This document shows positions 61,527 through 64,000 of a stretch of DNA of 64,000 bases, in pieces. Source of the stretch: Candidatus Hydrothermales bacterium (GTDB taxonomy: Bacteria; Hydrothermota; Hydrothermia; Hydrothermales; JAJRUZ01). The position numbers and the translations under genes were made by a program. The notes beneath the pieces were generated by a model. The model saw only the letters and a list, made by a program, of their open reading frames with translations. It was not told the origin of the DNA and made no database searches. The stretch covers positions 64,659 to 128,658 of the forward strand of contig JBCNUW010000001.1 in assembly GCA_039630575.1 (NCBI GenBank), in the 5' to 3' direction. Within the stretch, counting starts at the first letter, position 1; the number at the start of each line of letters is the position of its first letter.

Positions 61527-63644
61527 TTAAAACCTAATTGTAAGAGGAACCCAAACAGCCATAGGATTTCCAAACTGGTCTTTAGCAGGTTCAAAAATAT
61601 AGCCCTTTGCCGCCTCTACTGCTGAGTTATCAAGAAAATCATATCCGCTACTTTTTAAAATCTTAACATCTTTTACCTTGCCATTCTCATCTACCAAAAC
61701 TCTCAAAAGAACACTGCCTCTTGCTCCTAACTTCCTCGCTATATCTGGATATGTTGGTTTAACCTCCTGCTTTACAACAGGTAAAACAGTAGGAATAGCC
61801 TGTTGAGGAGGTGGAGCCTCCTCCGGTTTTTCTTTCTCTTCAATTGGAGCTAAAGGTTCCTCTTCAACTGGTTTTTCAGAAACTGGAGGTTCTTCTTTCT
61901 TTACTGCCTCTTCTGCAATCCTTTTCTGTAAAATTTCTTCAGCTGTTATTTCAGGTTTAGGAACTACTTGAGGTTTTGGTTCCTCAGGTTTAATAGCTAC
62001 TGTCTCAGTTTTTCTTATTTTTTCTTCTTCAAAGGTAATTTCTTCTTTAGTTCCTACTTCCTCTTCTTTTTTAACAATTTCAAAACTTACTCTCTCTACT
62101 CTTTCTTGAGTAGGGATCCAAACTATGTCAAGGTTGGAAACAACCAGTTCAAGTGGGAAATTATCTATGTTTTTAACTCTATTAGAGAAAGCAAAAATCT
62201 CCTGAGGAACTACTAAGGGTGTAACTGGTAAATCCTCTAATAAAATTTTTTGAACAAGTCTTAACATTTTTTTAGCATTTTTTCTATTTAAGGTCATCAT
62301 TGATGAATTTAAAAGAGAATCAACTTTCTTGTTACTGTAACCCATAAAATTAAAGATTCCATCCGTGCTGAAAAGTGGGCTTATATCAGCCTTTTCATTT
62401 AAAGGGTAAGAGAGAATAAAAATATCAAAATCAAAATTAATCAATTTTGATATGAATGAGAAAGGATCAAGTGGCAAAAGATTAACTTTTATAAGTTCTG
62501 TTTTTTCTAGGTCATTTTTTATAATTTCTGTAATTTTTTCATATATTTTTTGAGTATTATCGTAAATCAGATTTATTACAAAAGGTTTTCTTTTTGTGTA
62601 TCCCATCTGATTCAAAATAGAAACTGTTTCATCCAAGTTAGCTCTTTTTAAATCTATTAGGTTGCTATCATAAGCCCAAATTGAAGGTGGAATTATTGAT
62701 TTAGCTTTTAACCCATAACCTTTAAAAACACTTTTTATAATATCATCAACATTTATTAAACCTGAAATTTTAGACCTTAATTCAATATTATCAAAGGGTT
62801 TTCTTTTTGTATTCCATCCAACAAAAATTACTCTATTTGACTCGTAATTTTTAATTTTGCCATTTTTATAATCTCTTAATCCATCCATAATCACTTCTGG
62901 AATAAGTGAAAAACCTACATCCACAATATCCATTTTTAGCGCTTCAGCTACATCAAAAGGTGTGGGATATATTTTAAAAACTATTTTATCTAAGTAGCCT
63001 GTTTTTTCAAAATATTCATCAAACTTTTCAAGAGTGAGAAAATCGCCCCTTTTGTATTCGGTGACTCTGTATGGACCGTTACCAACAGGTTTATAAAAAA
63101 ATTCAGAATTTCTTATATCTTCCACATCCTTAAGTATATGTTCAGGTAAGGGATATATTTCACAGTCAATGAGCTGAGAGGAATATGTATTTGTAAACTC
63201 TATTTTTAAAACATGATCAGACAATTTTTCTATTTTTCTAATAAATTGAAAGTTTGCTCTCAAAAGTGAAGTTGAACCTGGAGAAGTTATGACCTTATAG
63301 GAAAATATAAAATCTGCTGCAGTAACTGGTTTTCCATCATGCCACTTTGCGTCTTTTCTTAAATAAAAGGTTATAGTTTTTAAATCTTCAGAAAATTCCC
63401 ATTCACTTGCAATTCCTGGATAAACCCTGTTTTTTTCAACTCTTATTAGTGGACAAAAGATTAGATCGAATATTGAATTATCCTGTCTTGGTGAAGGGAA
63501 AATGGGTATTAAGGACTCGAAATCCTGCACAATTCCTATTCCCAAAACTCCTCCTTTTTCCGGATTTTTTGGAATTTCCCTTCCTAATCTAACACAGAAG
63601 TTAATATAAAAAATGGTAAAAATTAAAAAAATAAACCTTAACAT
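61527..63644 (-). CDS. Family 5 ABC solute-binding lipoprotein fused to a TonB C-terminal domain
   Basis: INFC lipobox; WHDGxPVTAxD, PVGNGPY; E/K/P-rich linker; YPxxA...GxVxxxxxVDxxG...SSG..LD.SA. Confidence 0.85.
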   Translation of the reverse strand: MLRFIFLIFTIFYINFCVRLGREIPKNPEKGGVLGIGIVQDFESLIPIFPSPRQDNSIFDLIFCPLIRVEKNRVYPGIASEWEFSEDLKTITFYLRKDAKWHDGKPVTAADFIFSYKVITSPGSTSLLRANFQFIRKIEKLSDHVLKIEFTNTYSSQLIDCEIYPLPEHILKDVEDIRNSEFFYKPVGNGPYRVTEYKRGDFLTLEKFDEYFEKTGYLDKIVFKIYPTPFDVAEALKMDIVDVGFSLIPEVIMDGLRDYKNGKIKNYESNRVIFVGWNTKRKPFDNIELRSKISGLINVDDIIKSVFKGYGLKAKSIIPPSIWAYDSNLIDLKRANLDETVSILNQMGYTKRKPFVINLIYDNTQKIYEKITEIIKNDLEKTELIKVNLLPLDPFSFISKLINFDFDIFILSYPLNEKADISPLFSTDGIFNFMGYSNKKVDSLLNSSMMTLNRKNAKKMLRLVQKILLEDLPVTPLVVPQEIFAFSNRVKNIDNFPLELVVSNLDIVWIPTQERVERVSFEIVKKEEEVGTKEEITFEEEKIRKTETVAIKPEEPKPQVVPKPEITAEEILQKRIAEEAVKKEEPPVSEKPVEEEPLAPIEEKEKPEEAPPPQQAIPTVLPVVKQEVKPTYPDIARKLGARGSVLLRVLVDENGKVKDVKILKSSGYDFLDNSAVEAAKGYIFEPAKDQFGNPMAVWVPLTIRF

Positions 63645-63661
63645 AATTAACCTCCTTTTTA

Positions 63662-64000
63662 TTATTTTAAAGTAAAAATATTATAATTTGTAAAATTTAA
63701 AGGGTCTACAGGAAAACCTCTATCCCATAATTCAAAATGTAAGTGTGGTCCAGTGCTTCTTCCTGTATTTCCTACTTTACCTAAAATTTCTCCTCTTTTA
63801 ACCCACTCACCTTTTCTAACTGTTATTTCTTTTAAATGTCCATAAAAAGTTTTTATGCCATTTTTATGATCAACCCATAAATAAAGTCCAAAATCTTCAT
63901 CAATACCTTTTTCTTTAACAATTCCTTCAAGGGGCGATTTCACTGGTGTCCCAAGAGGAGCTACAATATCAACACCTGGATGGATAGGAGAAAAGAAATT
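63662..64000 (-). CDS. M23 family peptidase, 5'-partial
   Basis: Frame open from 64000: HPGVD (HxxxD), YGHL, GNTGRSTGPHLHFE. Confidence 0.92.
   Translation of the reverse strand, partial: NFFSPIHPGVDIVAPLGTPVKSPLEGIVKEKGIDEDFGLYLWVDHKNGIKTFYGHLKEITVRKGEWVKRGEILGKVGNTGRSTGPHLHFELWDRGFPVDPLNFTNYNIFTLK

Overview
AT-rich chromosomal segment of a diderm bacterium (lpxD, lapAB, OmpA and TonB domains), plausibly a thermophile from a poorly cultured lineage; the lineage is inferred, not shown. It is densely packed with housekeeping genes in scrambled order (uvrA, nadCA, coaBC, rpoZ, tRNA-Lys, mutS, lone nuoH, fabG, xerC, pdxJ, maeB, cysC, FBP aldolase/phosphatase-ptsHI, rimO, phoBR-pstCAB-phoU, ccmF, trxB, tsaD, recF-dciA-gyrB, type IV pilin locus, pyrR, aspS, ribD). 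I see no mobile element or CRISPR array. Most notable: (1) an operon with two class III nucleotidyl-cyclase domains that carry complementary halves of the active site, like mammalian C1/C2, one fused to a STAND ATPase, with a HEAT-repeat gene between them; (2) a recurrent tRNA T-arm-like hairpin 18-29 nt upstream of start codons; (3) three genes that appear to start at ATA/ATT and are missed or truncated in the ORF track; (4) a lipoprotein solute-binding protein fused to a TonB C-terminal domain; (5) an Lpp-like coiled-coil lipoprotein and an unannotated 25-aa membrane peptide coupled to ccmF.
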